Positions 30,096-41,052 are shown, counted from the first letter of the stretch. The stretch: DNA of 64,000 bases from Spirochaetota bacterium (GCA_050298055.1 JBNKTL010000030.1:1-64000), one strand, 5' to 3'. The notes: a model not told the origin generated them from the sequence alone. Numbers and translations: made by a program.

Positions 30096-31539
30096 ATTTC
30101 TCATTTTAACAATTATTACTCTGAATATATTTCTTATAATTTCATGCAAAAGAGAAAATTATTCATACAATGGATCTATCAATCCTGAAAAACACACCTG
30201 GTTAAAAGGAAAAAGAATATTCATTGATCCGGGACATGGTGGAAAAGGTAAAACAGATAGATTCAGAGTTGGCCCAAACAATATATTAGAAGAGGAAGTC
30301 AACTTAAGAGTATCTCTCATACTTGAAAGTATACTCACCAAGTCAGGCGTTATAGTAAGGATGAGCAGGAGATCAAATATTGATATTGGTCTTAACGAGA
30401 GAGTGACAATGATCGAAGATTTCCAACCGCATCTTCTTATCAGCATACACCACAATGGTTCTTCTCGAAAACTTGATGGAGTAAATTATCCTACAACCCT
30501 TATCTGGGGAAACAGTCTTGTTCGACCAGCTAGCTATGATCTGGCACTCCTTTTACAGAGTGAACTAAATAAAATTATGGATACAAAGGGAGTAGTTTTA
30601 TCAGACTACTCTGTATACAGTGAAACAGGCACCCGGATATTAAGGGAAACGAGATATATTTGTCCCGGCGTACTTGGTGAAGGTGGTTTTTTTACTGATC
30701 CAGATCATTCCCTGCGATTAAAAGACATTCAATACAATCAACTTGAGGCAGAAGCCTACTTCAGATCGATATCTCAATATTTTAATAATGGGATACCATC
30801 GGCTTCAGTCCTGATATCCTCAAAAGTTGACAATACAAAAAATATGGTTAACCTTATTCAGGATAAATATCCTGCTATTGCAATAAAAATCGAAAGTGAC
30901 AACCCAGTAAAAGGCATTGCACAGAGTACGCTCAGAGTAACGCTGGATAATATCCCTGTAAAATACAGAAAACTTACCAGCGAACTATACCTTCTCAACT
31001 ACGGCAAACAGCTTTACCCTGGTGGACACAGCATCCGTTTCAGTTTCAGAAATAAGAAATATCAGAGCAGCATGATAATGAGCATACCTATAACAGTGAA
31101 TATCAAAGAAGGTGATTATAAGAGGCTGATAAAAAGAGGCCGATACCTTTTGAAAACAAAATATGGCAAGCGCGAAGGTCTCAGGATGCTTTTATCTGCA
31201 TACTCTATGGATAAAACCGGGCCATTTGCAGATTCCATTCTTTTTCATATTTCCCGCGGATTCATGTATCTGGGTGACCAGGCAAACTCCGACTTTTATC
31301 TTAAAAAGATATACTATTTTTACCCCCAGAGTAAATGCGCATGGAAAGTGAGACGCTGGATATCTCACAACAACAATTATAGATTTCCTGTTGATTATTA
31401 CGGAAAAAGGATAGAACTCATTGGTGATGTTGATATTCAGAGCTACAATAAATACTCAGAGTCAATGACAATTAATGATTGGTTCAGACTCATAAAGAAG
31501 AAAATATTAAAAAAGAAAAAGATAATTCTTCAGAGGTAG
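30073..31539 (+). CDS. N-acetylmuramoyl-L-alanine amidase (Amidase_3) lipoprotein
   Basis: IFIDPGHGG, EEEVNL, ISIHHN and VLGEGGF motifs; lipobox IISC. Confidence 0.85.
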   Translation: MVRLHYHKFLILTIITLNIFLIISCKRENYSYNGSINPEKHTWLKGKRIFIDPGHGGKGKTDRFRVGPNNILEEEVNLRVSLILESILTKSGVIVRMSRRSNIDIGLNERVTMIEDFQPHLLISIHHNGSSRKLDGVNYPTTLIWGNSLVRPASYDLALLLQSELNKIMDTKGVVLSDYSVYSETGTRILRETRYICPGVLGEGGFFTDPDHSLRLKDIQYNQLEAEAYFRSISQYFNNGIPSASVLISSKVDNTKNMVNLIQDKYPAIAIKIESDNPVKGIAQSTLRVTLDNIPVKYRKLTSELYLLNYGKQLYPGGHSIRFSFRNKKYQSSMIMSIPITVNIKEGDYKRLIKRGRYLLKTKYGKREGLRMLLSAYSMDKTGPFADSILFHISRGFMYLGDQANSDFYLKKIYYFYPQSKCAWKVRRWISHNNNYRFPVDYYGKRIELIGDVDIQSYNKYSESMTINDWFRLIKKKILKKKKIILQR

Positions 31540-31577
31540 TTTATTCAGGACGCAGATTACTGCGCCCTGAATTTAAA

Positions 31578-32072
31578 CTAATCAACTTTAAAAAATGCAG
31601 ATGAATTTGCCTTGCATACAGGACAGGTATCAGGAGCTCCGCCCTCAACCGTATATCCGCAAACTGAACACACATGTATATCTGCTTCAGTGAGATTATC
31701 GAGGTTGTCCAGGGCTTTCTGGTAAAGTTCCGCATGTACCTTTTCCACTTCATTAGCAAAAAAGAAGCTGTTTTCAGCTTTTTTATTCCCATCGGTCTTT
31801 GCAGTTTCGATCATTTCAGGATACATGTTTTTAAATTCATGTGTCTCTCCGGCAATTGCTGCCTTTAAATTTTCGACAGTACTCCCCACCTGGTTTGCTG
31901 CATTGAAATGTGCATGGGCATGTACGGTTTCAGCTTCTGCGGCTGCTCTGAAAAGCCTTGCTGCCTGGGGATAGCCTTCTTTGTCTGCCTTTTTGGCAAA
32001 TGCCAGATATTTCCTGTTTGCCTGTGATTCACCGGCAAATGCTTCCATTAAATTTTCATCAGTTTTGCTCAT
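31578..32072 (-). CDS. rbr: Rubrerythrin
   Basis: AFAGESQANRKY, EAETVHA, EKVHA; CSVC..CPVC rubredoxin domain. Confidence 0.93.
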   Translation of the reverse strand: MSKTDENLMEAFAGESQANRKYLAFAKKADKEGYPQAARLFRAAAEAETVHAHAHFNAANQVGSTVENLKAAIAGETHEFKNMYPEMIETAKTDGNKKAENSFFFANEVEKVHAELYQKALDNLDNLTEADIHVCSVCGYTVEGGAPDTCPVCKANSSAFFKVD

Positions 32073-32274
32073 AAAATTCCTCCTTGTTAAATAAATTACC
32101 ATACAAATGTAATTATTTTAATTTTATAATAATACCATGTCTATCTGTTTTTAGAGAGCTATAAACTTTTTTCTATTTTTTGATACTACTCATCATAATG
32201 GATTAATATGGAAGATAACTGATGTCTCTTTACCGCCACATGCAGTAGAGTGATCACATCAGTTATATGATTTT

Positions 32275-32296
32275 TCCTCAGAGTAAGCTCAGAGTA
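32275..32296. repeat. Tandem pair of the 11-bp palindrome motif
   Basis: TCCTCAGAGTA-AGCTCAGAGTA. Confidence 0.7.
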
Positions 32297-32474
32297 AAAT
32301 TTAAAGTAAAAAAAAATTTTATTTTTTCTTCATTAATCTTGACAAAATTACTTTAAACAATGATAAAATCTAAATAACAAAAATGGTATAGATAAAAAAT
32401 ATAAAACTGTTCACTATCTATCTTTTTTTTGTCCATAATTACAATTAATCGAAACTATTTTTAAGGAACAAGTA

Positions 32475-32993
32475 ATGGGTGACACTTCTGATAATGATGT
32501 GTTTATCGATGCATATCTTGATTATTACCCTGTTATTTACAGTGCTGTTTATGCAAGTATCAATAACAAGGATGATGCGGATGATATCTGTCAGGAGATA
32601 TTTCTTATCTTCTATGACAAGTTTGACACTATTCAGAGCAGAAGAACATGGCTCCATGTAACCATGAAAAATGTTCTCAGTAACTATTACAGAAAAAAAA
32701 AGTCATCGAAGTCAGACAACGTTGAAAACATGGACACAACAGGTGTTGTCTATGTCAATGGTTTCAGGGACACGAGAATACTCATACAGGAGGCTATTGA
32801 TAACATCGAATGTACTGATGCCGAAAAAAATATCCTGGATATGATAGCAGTCCACAGATTCACACAGGAAAAAACTGCTGAGCTTCTCGGTATGACACGC
32901 AGGCAGGTCAGATACAGGATGGAAACAGTATCAAAGAGGATCATTAATTACCTGAAGCAAAAAGGAATTAATGATATTGAGGAGCTTTTATGA
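32475..32993 (+). CDS. ECF sigma-70 factor
   Basis: DADDICQEIF, WLHVTMKN and region 4 TQEKTAELLGMT. Confidence 0.85.
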   Translation: MGDTSDNDVFIDAYLDYYPVIYSAVYASINNKDDADDICQEIFLIFYDKFDTIQSRRTWLHVTMKNVLSNYYRKKKSSKSDNVENMDTTGVVYVNGFRDTRILIQEAIDNIECTDAEKNILDMIAVHRFTQEKTAELLGMTRRQVRYRMETVSKRIINYLKQKGINDIEELL

Positions 32994-34153
32994 ATAATAG
33001 CGAAAAAATATCAACGCTCCTTGAGAAATTTAAACTTACAAAAGAAATACCTGAGCCCGTAAGGGATCATGTGAAGAACAATCTTAAACCGTCACTGGGA
33101 AAAATACTCAGGAAGAGAAACAGATACAGCATTGCAGTTTCTTTTATGGTATCATTAAAGATTTTTACCCGGAAACTCGGTATTAATACAGAATTAATAA
33201 CTGGAAACAGGATAAAACGTACAGCAGCTTTTGCAGCAACACTTGTTATTTTTATTTTACTCTATACTCTGAAAGAGAAGATCTTCATAAAGGCCCCCTC
33301 AGAAGGGCAGAAGATAATTCTTTCCCAAGGTGATGTTAAAATAATGAAAAAGCGTCAATCCTTGTCAGCAAAAATTAACCACACAATTCCCGATAATGTT
33401 GTGATAAAAACTGGAAGCGACTCCAACATTTTTTTCCAGAACAGCAGCATTTCATTAACAGGAGTAATGGAAAACTCAGAGGCTGAGATCATATCCCGTT
33501 CCGATAATTCAGGATCGATAATCAGCCTGAAAAATGGTCTTCTCCTCTCCAGGGTAGAAAAGCTTCAAAAAATACAGGACTATATCATCAGAACTCCGAA
33601 TTCAGAAACTCATGTCAGGGGAACGGCTTTCAGTATAAGATACCATAATGATATAACTGAGGTGGCGCTTGTATCCGGGAAAATTGCAGTGAAAAACAGA
33701 ACCCAAAACGAAAAAGTTTTAAGAAATGGAGAGACCGCAATAATATCAGACAAAATCGAAATTCGCAAAATCTCAGAAATAGAAATTCTTCAGATACAGA
33801 AAATTATACTTCTTAAACTTATAAAAAATAACGAACTTCATAAATTCAATATTTCAGAAGAGCAGGCCAGGCAGGATAAGGCTAAACTGGAACAAATCGA
33901 TAAAAAGATTAAAGAATTAATTGAAATAGAGAGGATACACCGGAAAGCAGAACTTGAGAAATGGAAAAGACTTCCCCCCCTTGAACGACTCATGAGAGAA
34001 GGGAAGTATATTACAATGTTTCATATGAGGGACGGCTCAAGAGTTGCCGGAAGCATTATCTCCCAGAATGAAACTGCCATAAAGCTTGATACTGGTGATG
34101 GTATCATTAAAGTACTAAAAAAAGAGATCATAAGAAGAGAAAAAATTAAATAG
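32990..34153 (+). CDS. FecR-domain anti-sigma factor
   Basis: TM helix; IKTGSDS and IRTPNSETHVRGTAF FecR motifs; ATGA overlap with the sigma gene. Confidence 0.85.
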   Translation: MNNSEKISTLLEKFKLTKEIPEPVRDHVKNNLKPSLGKILRKRNRYSIAVSFMVSLKIFTRKLGINTELITGNRIKRTAAFAATLVIFILLYTLKEKIFIKAPSEGQKIILSQGDVKIMKKRQSLSAKINHTIPDNVVIKTGSDSNIFFQNSSISLTGVMENSEAEIISRSDNSGSIISLKNGLLLSRVEKLQKIQDYIIRTPNSETHVRGTAFSIRYHNDITEVALVSGKIAVKNRTQNEKVLRNGETAIISDKIEIRKISEIEILQIQKIILLKLIKNNELHKFNISEEQARQDKAKLEQIDKKIKELIEIERIHRKAELEKWKRLPPLERLMREGKYITMFHMRDGSRVAGSIISQNETAIKLDTGDGIIKVLKKEIIRREKIK

Positions 34154-34204
34154 TTATCTACTTCATTAAATTTATCTAATTTTTTCAGCCAGAATCTCCA
34201 TTAA

Positions 34205-34309
34205 TACTCAGAGTAAATCTCCCAAGACCTCTATTCTCTTTTAATAATCACAGTTAACAATAAATTATTCGCCTTATCATGCAATTTTACTCTGAGCTTA
34301 CTCTGAGCA
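34205..34309. repeat. Three copies of the 11-bp palindrome motif
   Basis: TACTCAGAGTA at 34205; TACTCTGAGCT-TACTCTGAGCA at 34288-34309. Confidence 0.8.
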
Positions 34310-34387
34310 AAAATATCAATTTTTCGCGATATTAACATAAAAATTTTATTGACTATATTAATGGCCTAATTAGTATAAAGTGACATA

Positions 34388-36655
34388 ATGTCATTTTGCA
34401 TTAAGCATAGGAAAATTTTGAAAAAAACTATCATGTCCATAGGCGGAGGTTTGTTACAGCTTCCGGTAATCCTCAGTGCAAAAAAAATGGGGTACCAGGT
34501 GATCGTATCCGATTATAATCCAGATTCTATTGGGATGAAAGATGCCGATATCCCCCTCATCATGAGCACAAAGGACATTGAGGGCTCTGTGCGGATAGCA
34601 AAAGCACAGAACGAGATAACCCCCATAAGCGCTGTACTTACAGTGGGAACCGACGCATCCATGACAGTTGCCGCCGTGGCCAATGCGCTGGGGCTGCCCG
34701 GAATCAAGTTCGAAGACGCTGAAGCTGCAACTAACAAGATTAAAATGAGAATGCGTTTTAAGGAGCATGACGTTCCCTCCCCGGCATTCCTCCCCGTATG
34801 GTCACTTTCAGATGCAAAAAAGGCGTGCAAAATACTTAAGCTTCCATTGGTCATCAAACCCTCTGACAACATGGGAGCACGGGGCGTTATGCGTATCGAT
34901 AACTTCAACCAGATATCCGACGCGTTTCACTTTTCAAAGAACGCTTCACCCAGCGGTGAACTCATTATTGAAGAATACATGGATGGCCCGGAACTTTCAA
35001 TCGATGCAATTATATACAACAACGAGGTAACAATAACCGGGGTTGCCGATCGTATCATCGAACATCCGCCCTACTTTATTGAAACGGGCCATACTATGCC
35101 CTCCGCACTTCCAAAAAAAACATTAAAAAACGCCATTGATGTGATGGTTCGGGGAATAAAAACTCTTGGAATCACAATTGGTGCTGCAAAGGGTGATATT
35201 AAAATTACAGAAAAAGGGGCCATGATAGGCGAACTTGCGGCCCGTCTGTCAGGGGGATTTATGTCCGCCTATACATATCCACTTTCAACAGGAGTCGACC
35301 TTATGAAAGCTGTAATTGAAGTAGCAATGGGACAGGAACCGGGAAATCTTGAACCGGTAATGAACAGGGTTGCAATAGAAAGGGCAATAATAGCAACTCC
35401 AGGAATAGTCAAACGTATCAGCGGACTTGATGACGCCTTGAAAATATCCGGTATTGAGGAAATATTCCTGAATGTTACAGAAGGGGACAGGGTGACATTT
35501 CCCCGATCAAATGTTGAAAAGACCGGTCATATTATTGCCGTTGGAGATACCCTTACTAAAGCCGAAGAAAGTGTAAAAAAATGTATGGAGATTCTGGTCA
35601 TTGAGATCATTGAGGAACCGGAGATTTCACTGGAGTCCATACACAATGCCGCCAGGGCTAAGTTTAAGAAGATCTGCTATGTCTGCAAAAACTGCGACGG
35701 CAGGGACTGCCCCACCGGTATTCCGGGAATGGGCGGTACCGGTACCGGTGCGTCTTTTAGAAGAAATCTTGAGTCTCTCAGAAACTACAAGATCAATACG
35801 CGGCTTATTCATGATATAGATGAACCTGATCCTTCTACTGACTTTCTTGGGATAAAACTATCCCTGCCGGTAATGGCTGCCCCTATAACTGGCGCTGTGA
35901 CCAATATGGGCGGAGCCGTAGACGAACTTGACTACAATATGCATGTACTCAGCGGATGCTCCCACGCAGGAACAGTGGCATTTGTAGGTGACGGTGCCTC
36001 TCCTGATAAATATAAAATAGGACTCAAAGCAATTAATAAACACAAAGGAGCAGGAATCCCCGTTTTCAAACCGAGAAGTGACAACAGGGAGATACTTAAA
36101 AGAATAAAAGCAGCTGAAGAAGTCTGCGCCAGAGCGGTGGGAATCGATATCGACGCTGCGGTACTGAAAACAATGAAGTTGAAGAACCAGGCTGTGGGCC
36201 CAAAGAGCTTTAAAGACCTCAGTGAGATCATCTCATCGACAAAACTCCCCGTCATTCTCAAGGGAATTATGAATCCCCGGGACGCAGTTGCAGCCGTAGA
36301 AATGGGTGCATCAGGGATAATTGTATCCAATCATGGGGGACGTGTTCTGGACGAAATGCCGGGAGCAATGGATGTTCTTGAATCTATCGTCCATGAAGTG
36401 AAGGGGAAGGTGACCATAATGGTTGACGGAGGGTTCAGAAACGGTGTTGATATTATTAAAGCCCTCGCAGTGGGCGCCGAATATGTTCTCATCGGAAGAC
36501 CGGTTGCAATTGCAACTGTGGGCATGGGTGCTGAGGGGACATCCTTCTATTTCAATAAGCTCAGAAATGAACTGAAAAAGGCCATGAAACTTACCGGCTG
36601 CAAAACGCTGAAGGATATTACAAACGATATTCTCATTAAAGTAAATGAGTGTTGA
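34388..36655 (+). CDS. ATP-grasp domain fused to FMN-dependent alpha-hydroxy-acid dehydrogenase
   Basis: N-half: IKPSDNMGARGV, IEEYMDGPELS, ELAARLSG; C-half: CYVCKNCDGRDC, MAAPITG, LKGI, VSNHGGR, DGGFRNG, IGRP. Confidence 0.85.
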   Translation: MSFCIKHRKILKKTIMSIGGGLLQLPVILSAKKMGYQVIVSDYNPDSIGMKDADIPLIMSTKDIEGSVRIAKAQNEITPISAVLTVGTDASMTVAAVANALGLPGIKFEDAEAATNKIKMRMRFKEHDVPSPAFLPVWSLSDAKKACKILKLPLVIKPSDNMGARGVMRIDNFNQISDAFHFSKNASPSGELIIEEYMDGPELSIDAIIYNNEVTITGVADRIIEHPPYFIETGHTMPSALPKKTLKNAIDVMVRGIKTLGITIGAAKGDIKITEKGAMIGELAARLSGGFMSAYTYPLSTGVDLMKAVIEVAMGQEPGNLEPVMNRVAIERAIIATPGIVKRISGLDDALKISGIEEIFLNVTEGDRVTFPRSNVEKTGHIIAVGDTLTKAEESVKKCMEILVIEIIEEPEISLESIHNAARAKFKKICYVCKNCDGRDCPTGIPGMGGTGTGASFRRNLESLRNYKINTRLIHDIDEPDPSTDFLGIKLSLPVMAAPITGAVTNMGGAVDELDYNMHVLSGCSHAGTVAFVGDGASPDKYKIGLKAINKHKGAGIPVFKPRSDNREILKRIKAAEEVCARAVGIDIDAAVLKTMKLKNQAVGPKSFKDLSEIISSTKLPVILKGIMNPRDAVAAVEMGASGIIVSNHGGRVLDEMPGAMDVLESIVHEVKGKVTIMVDGGFRNGVDIIKALAVGAEYVLIGRPVAIATVGMGAEGTSFYFNKLRNELKKAMKLTGCKTLKDITNDILIKVNEC

Positions 36656-36671
36656 CTGTAAGACTCAATGA

Positions 36672-37295
36672 TCAGTATTTCCTGAACACCCCGGAGAGGA
36701 TCCCCAAAATTTTAACATCTGTAGTTATAATCGGCTGGTAAGCCGGATTCTCCGGGATCAGTTGTATGTTTTTACCTGTTTGTTTGAAGCGCTTGAGTGT
36801 GGCCTCTTCATCTTCAACCAGGGCGGCGACAATATCACCGTTGTTTGCCGTCTCCTGTTTTCTGATAATTGCAATATCCCCGTCCAGGATGCCCCCTTCA
36901 ATCATGGAGTCCCCCCTGACATCAAGAGCAAAAAAATCTCCTTTTCCGAACATAGATTTTGGGAAGCTGAGATACTCCTCGATATTCTCCTCGGCAAATA
37001 ACGGAGCACCGGCTGCAATCCTTCCAAGGAGGGGGATATTAACAGCATCTGTTTTTGCAATATCACTCTGATCTAAAACAATAATCGCTCTCGATTTGTT
37101 CTTCTCTGTACGAATATACCCCTTTTTCTCAATTGCTTTTACGTGGTCATATGCACCCTTTACTGTAATGCTAAACTCATCTCCGATTTCACGGACCGTT
37201 GGCGGAAAACCGGTTTCCCTGATATTATCTTTAATAAAGTTTAAAATATTGTCCTGCTTTGTGGTTAGCTTCTTTCCACCATTTTTATCAGCCAT
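36672..37295 (-). CDS. lexA: SOS repressor LexA
   Basis: GFPPTVREIG, GRIAAGAP (Ala-Gly cleavage site), GDSM (Ser) and ATLKR (Lys). Confidence 0.95.
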   Translation of the reverse strand: MADKNGGKKLTTKQDNILNFIKDNIRETGFPPTVREIGDEFSITVKGAYDHVKAIEKKGYIRTEKNKSRAIIVLDQSDIAKTDAVNIPLLGRIAAGAPLFAEENIEEYLSFPKSMFGKGDFFALDVRGDSMIEGGILDGDIAIIRKQETANNGDIVAALVEDEEATLKRFKQTGKNIQLIPENPAYQPIITTDVKILGILSGVFRKY

Positions 37296-37576
37296 AACAA
37301 CACCCCTCTTAAAATTACGGCAAGTGCGAACTTAAAATAATATCCAGCCAGGAAAAATGCTCACGCATTTTTGACTCAAACTAAAAATATTTTCCATAAA
37401 ATTCGTTTTTCATTAACAATTCAAAACTTGGTTCTTTTCTCAATTTAAAACTAATTATATAACTAATAATTCATTCTTCCCTTGATTATCTAAACAGAAA
37501 ATAAGCATACATAGGTTATGTGTCAAGTAAAAAAATAAATACTTGATATTTTTTAAAAAAAAATAATTTTTTTCTC

Positions 37577-38464
37577 ATGGACTTGAAAGAGTGCTATCAA
37601 TTGCTTCAGATACCTGAATCAGCAGATAATGATGCCGTTTCACGGGCATTCAAAAAACTTGCTCACAAATATCATCCCGATAAAAACCTGCACCGAGTTG
37701 AATGGGCCAACAATGCCATGAAAAAGCTTAACTCGGCTTATTCTCTTATTATGAGTTCACGCTTTGTTGAAGATTCTTTTCCGAAAGAAGGGGTTGAGGG
37801 GAAAGCAGAGGAGCATGTCTGGAGCGAAACCGATAACCTGAAGGAAAAAGAAAAAAGTTCAACGAAAAAAAAGAGGCCCGGCCCTTATAACTATTATGAA
37901 GATGTAGATAACAGTGATTTTCTTATAAACATGTTTATAAAGGAGAGAGAAAACGCAAAAGATTCGCTCTACAGGTTTTTCCAGTACAATCTTTTCAATA
38001 TTATTCGAAGGGAAAAGCCATCAAATATGGGGATTTTTAACAGGATTGTTTTTTCACTCAGGAAATCATATCACAACATCAGGAAACTCATAAGACAGAC
38101 TGAAGATCCCGAACTGCTGGAGCACTTCAATGTCTTTTCCCGGATGATATTTGATTTCTACAGGGCATCCGAGTGTCTCAATGTTATTGACTCATACAAC
38201 AACTCAATGGATGTGGATGCGTTCAGACTTTTTAAGTTTGGCGATGAGGCCCTTCACGCGTCGCACCGGGAGGTGTTTTTTGAGAGACATAACAGGGGAA
38301 GTTTCAGGCAGGACCTTGCTCAGAGCAACCTTTTAAAGGCAATCCAGATATTTAAGAACACCATCAGGGGCTATCCCTCTTCATCATGGATTGTTGAAAC
38401 CAGGATCAAACTTGAGTATGCGCTTTCCCTGAAAAATTACCTTGAGCTTTTTTTTACGGATTAG
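37577..38464 (+). CDS. DnaJ-domain protein
   Basis: N-terminal J domain (CYQLL..AFKKLAHKYHPDKN). Confidence 0.85.
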   Translation: MDLKECYQLLQIPESADNDAVSRAFKKLAHKYHPDKNLHRVEWANNAMKKLNSAYSLIMSSRFVEDSFPKEGVEGKAEEHVWSETDNLKEKEKSSTKKKRPGPYNYYEDVDNSDFLINMFIKERENAKDSLYRFFQYNLFNIIRREKPSNMGIFNRIVFSLRKSYHNIRKLIRQTEDPELLEHFNVFSRMIFDFYRASECLNVIDSYNNSMDVDAFRLFKFGDEALHASHREVFFERHNRGSFRQDLAQSNLLKAIQIFKNTIRGYPSSSWIVETRIKLEYALSLKNYLELFFTD

Positions 38465-38504
38465 GAGCTATTTTATTTGGAAAATTTGCTATTTTATGAT
38501 TTTT

Positions 38505-38526
38505 TACTCTGAGCTTACTCTGAGTA
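38505..38526. repeat. Tandem pair of the 11-bp palindrome motif
   Basis: TACTCTGAGCT-TACTCTGAGTA. Confidence 0.8.
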
Positions 38527-38654
38527 GATCGATAAAGAGAAAAAGCCAACCCGGAATAAATCAATATCCGGCAAAATCTCAATCTTAATATTTTACTAAT
38601 CTTATCCGATAATGGAAAAAAGACTTTGGGACAGATATTCACTTAAATCCAGAT

Positions 38655-39338
38655 ATGAAAAAACAGATATTTCTTATTATTATGCTTCTTTTCATTCAGC
38701 AGTCTCTTCTTTACTCAGAAGATTACCAGATCCAGTATTTCAAGAGTAAAAAGAAAAAGTATGTTCCCTTTTCAGATTATATCCCAAAAGTACGGCTGCA
38801 CTGGAACACTGTTCCCCATTACCTTGAAGATTACTATGAACTCTACGGAATGAAGCAGTACTACAATGTAAATTCCCTCAGGAAAAACATCCAGAGGCTG
38901 AAGACCGCTCTTAACTCAAAGTTCAGGCATCCTTCCAATGCCCTTGTGAAAGTGGAAAGTGAAGAGGAATATCTCAAGTACCGGAACCTTATGTTCATGC
39001 ACATAAACCTTTTGATCATGAGAAACTATATGAGGCTTGCTTCGCGATACGACAAGCATAAACTCTATTTTTACAGCACCGATTATGCAAATGAGATTTA
39101 TGAGAGCCTGGGAATAGCGGATAATTTTTTCAGGGAAGCAATACCCTACTGGAAGAAAGCAGAGAACTATGCAAAGAGATCAAGTAAAATAAAGATAACC
39201 ACCGACCTGTCATTTATCGAGTCAGAAAGATATTCAATAATACACAATGAACTCGACTATCAGAAGATTATAAACACACACAGAAAAAAAATTGCCGATA
39301 AAAGAAAACGTCTTGCGGAAAATACCTCTTCACAATAA
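38655..39338 (+). CDS. Secreted hypothetical protein
   Basis: Signal peptide; 227-aa ORF. Confidence 0.75.
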   Translation: MKKQIFLIIMLLFIQQSLLYSEDYQIQYFKSKKKKYVPFSDYIPKVRLHWNTVPHYLEDYYELYGMKQYYNVNSLRKNIQRLKTALNSKFRHPSNALVKVESEEEYLKYRNLMFMHINLLIMRNYMRLASRYDKHKLYFYSTDYANEIYESLGIADNFFREAIPYWKKAENYAKRSSKIKITTDLSFIESERYSIIHNELDYQKIINTHRKKIADKRKRLAENTSSQ

Positions 39339-39534
39339 TAGTCAGGATCTGCATTTGATATCAACGTTTTAACTTCTTTATCATATTGATAATAGCATCA
39401 TTGCTCTCTCAATTTATTTCTGTTTAAAAAAAAAAGTTGCTTTTAAAAGTAAATTTATTCTCATTATGTTAAATATTGTTATAATTCAGCTCTATGCCTT
39501 AAAATTGTCATATTGTTGAATAATTATTAATAAT

Positions 39535-39560
39535 GTCATTCCCGCGGAAGCGGGAATCTA
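39535..39560. repeat. GTCATTCCCGCG-type palindromic element
   Basis: GTCATTCCCGCGGAAGCGGGAATCTA, with ATTCCCGC/GCGGGAAT stem. Confidence 0.7.
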
Positions 39561-39632
39561 TTCTTTAGGAAAAAAGTAATTATCATAATATTGCTTGAGT
39601 CGTTATAAAATATTTTAACAAGAGAGAAAACT

Positions 39633-40157
39633 ATGGACCATGAAGAACTTTTATCTTTCATGAAATCAAGACGATCAATAAGAAAATACAAAAAAGAAAA
39701 AATTCCCACAGGAATAATTGATAAATTGCTTGAAGCAGGGAGGTGGGCGCCTTCAGGGAAAAATAATCAACCCTGGCGTTTTTCGGTTATCAGCAACAGT
39801 GAAGTAAAATCACAACTGTCAGGCCTGACAAAGTACAGACGCATTGTGGAAGAGTGCGATGTCTGTATTGCCGTATTTCTCAGCTTAACCGCAGCATATC
39901 ACAGGGACAAGGACATGATGTCAATGGGGGCATGTATACAGAACATTCTTCTTGCAGCGGAATCACACGGGATAGGGGCCGTGTGGCTTGGAGAAATTCT
40001 GAGCAGAAAAGATGAAGTAAACGACCTCCTGGGAATAGATCGTGACAATGAACTTGCAGCAGTTATCGCACTTGGTTATCCCGATGAAAAGCCGACAAAA
40101 GGAAGGCAGGATATTGAGACTCTCATGCTGAAAAGCCATACCGGAGAAACGGAATAA
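39633..40157 (+). CDS. Nitroreductase family protein
   Basis: SRRSIRKY, WAPSGKNNQPW, QNILLAA, IALGYP. Confidence 0.92.
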   Translation: MDHEELLSFMKSRRSIRKYKKEKIPTGIIDKLLEAGRWAPSGKNNQPWRFSVISNSEVKSQLSGLTKYRRIVEECDVCIAVFLSLTAAYHRDKDMMSMGACIQNILLAAESHGIGAVWLGEILSRKDEVNDLLGIDRDNELAAVIALGYPDEKPTKGRQDIETLMLKSHTGETE

Positions 40158-40159
40158 TT

Positions 40160-41020
40160 ATGAAAAGAACAATCTTTTTAATGATACTGCTGTTTTTCAT
40201 TCACCCTCTTTTCTCATTTGACAGAATCCATATGAAAGTTTCATCACTTTATGTTGAAAAAACCGGGCCCGGGACCTACCGGGTTGAAACATCCATTGAG
40301 CAGAGGGGACTTATTAAAGAACTCTTTGAAGACACAGGTATCATTATACCCATTGAGGACAAGGTTGTAACAGGAAACTTTCCGGATAACCGGATTACTG
40401 AAAGAAACTTCCTCTTCGCGGGAATCAATCTGGATATGAATAATGATGGAGATTTTGACGACACTTTCAGCATTTCTAAAAAAACGGGCAGATGGTTTAT
40501 TGACAAAATGGAAATCAGGCAGCTTCTCCTTCCAAAACTCTACAAAAGGCTCCAGGGAATTTCTTATTACTACGGGAATAAACAAGCTAAGGTCTATAAA
40601 ATCGGGGAGAAGGGAAACACCTTTATAATCTATACGGTAAATTCCAGGGATAAAAGGATAACAATAGGAATAGGGACGAAAAACCGTCCCATTCAACTCC
40701 GTGAATTTCCCAACCCCTGCATTCAGATATGTGTATTTAAGCCCATTGATAATTTTTCCCAAAAACCTTCATACACTATTGCGGATTTAAAAAACTATAT
40801 GACATTTACCAATGAAAAGATATTTGATGATCAGGGTGGTGAATGGCTTTCCGCAATATGGGCGGTAAAAAAATTTGACACTACAAAATCCCTTCAGAAG
40901 AAACATATCTTCACGATAACAGGGATTAGCGCACCATTTGCCGTTATCATCTATGGGAATCTTTCACTTGAAAAAGGTCTCAGGATCAGAACACAGCCAA
41001 TGGTAAGGATCGTAAAGTAA
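40160..41020 (+). CDS. Secreted hypothetical protein
   Basis: Signal peptide; DMNNDGDFDD Ca-binding-like loop. Confidence 0.7.
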   Translation: MKRTIFLMILLFFIHPLFSFDRIHMKVSSLYVEKTGPGTYRVETSIEQRGLIKELFEDTGIIIPIEDKVVTGNFPDNRITERNFLFAGINLDMNNDGDFDDTFSISKKTGRWFIDKMEIRQLLLPKLYKRLQGISYYYGNKQAKVYKIGEKGNTFIIYTVNSRDKRITIGIGTKNRPIQLREFPNPCIQICVFKPIDNFSQKPSYTIADLKNYMTFTNEKIFDDQGGEWLSAIWAVKKFDTTKSLQKKHIFTITGISAPFAVIIYGNLSLEKGLRIRTQPMVRIVK

Positions 41021-41052
41021 AAATTCATAAATATTTAAGAACCATATGCTCA

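Noticed and set aside
32090..32135. PerR/Fur box upstream of rubrerythrin
   Set aside because: The region is so AT-rich that a partial match is not distinguishable from background
37296..37576. LexA operator upstream of lexA
   Set aside because: No convincing palindrome; the TCAAGTA..TACTTGA repeat is explained by back-to-back -35 elements, and TRCTCWGAGYA is absent here, arguing that it is not the SOS box
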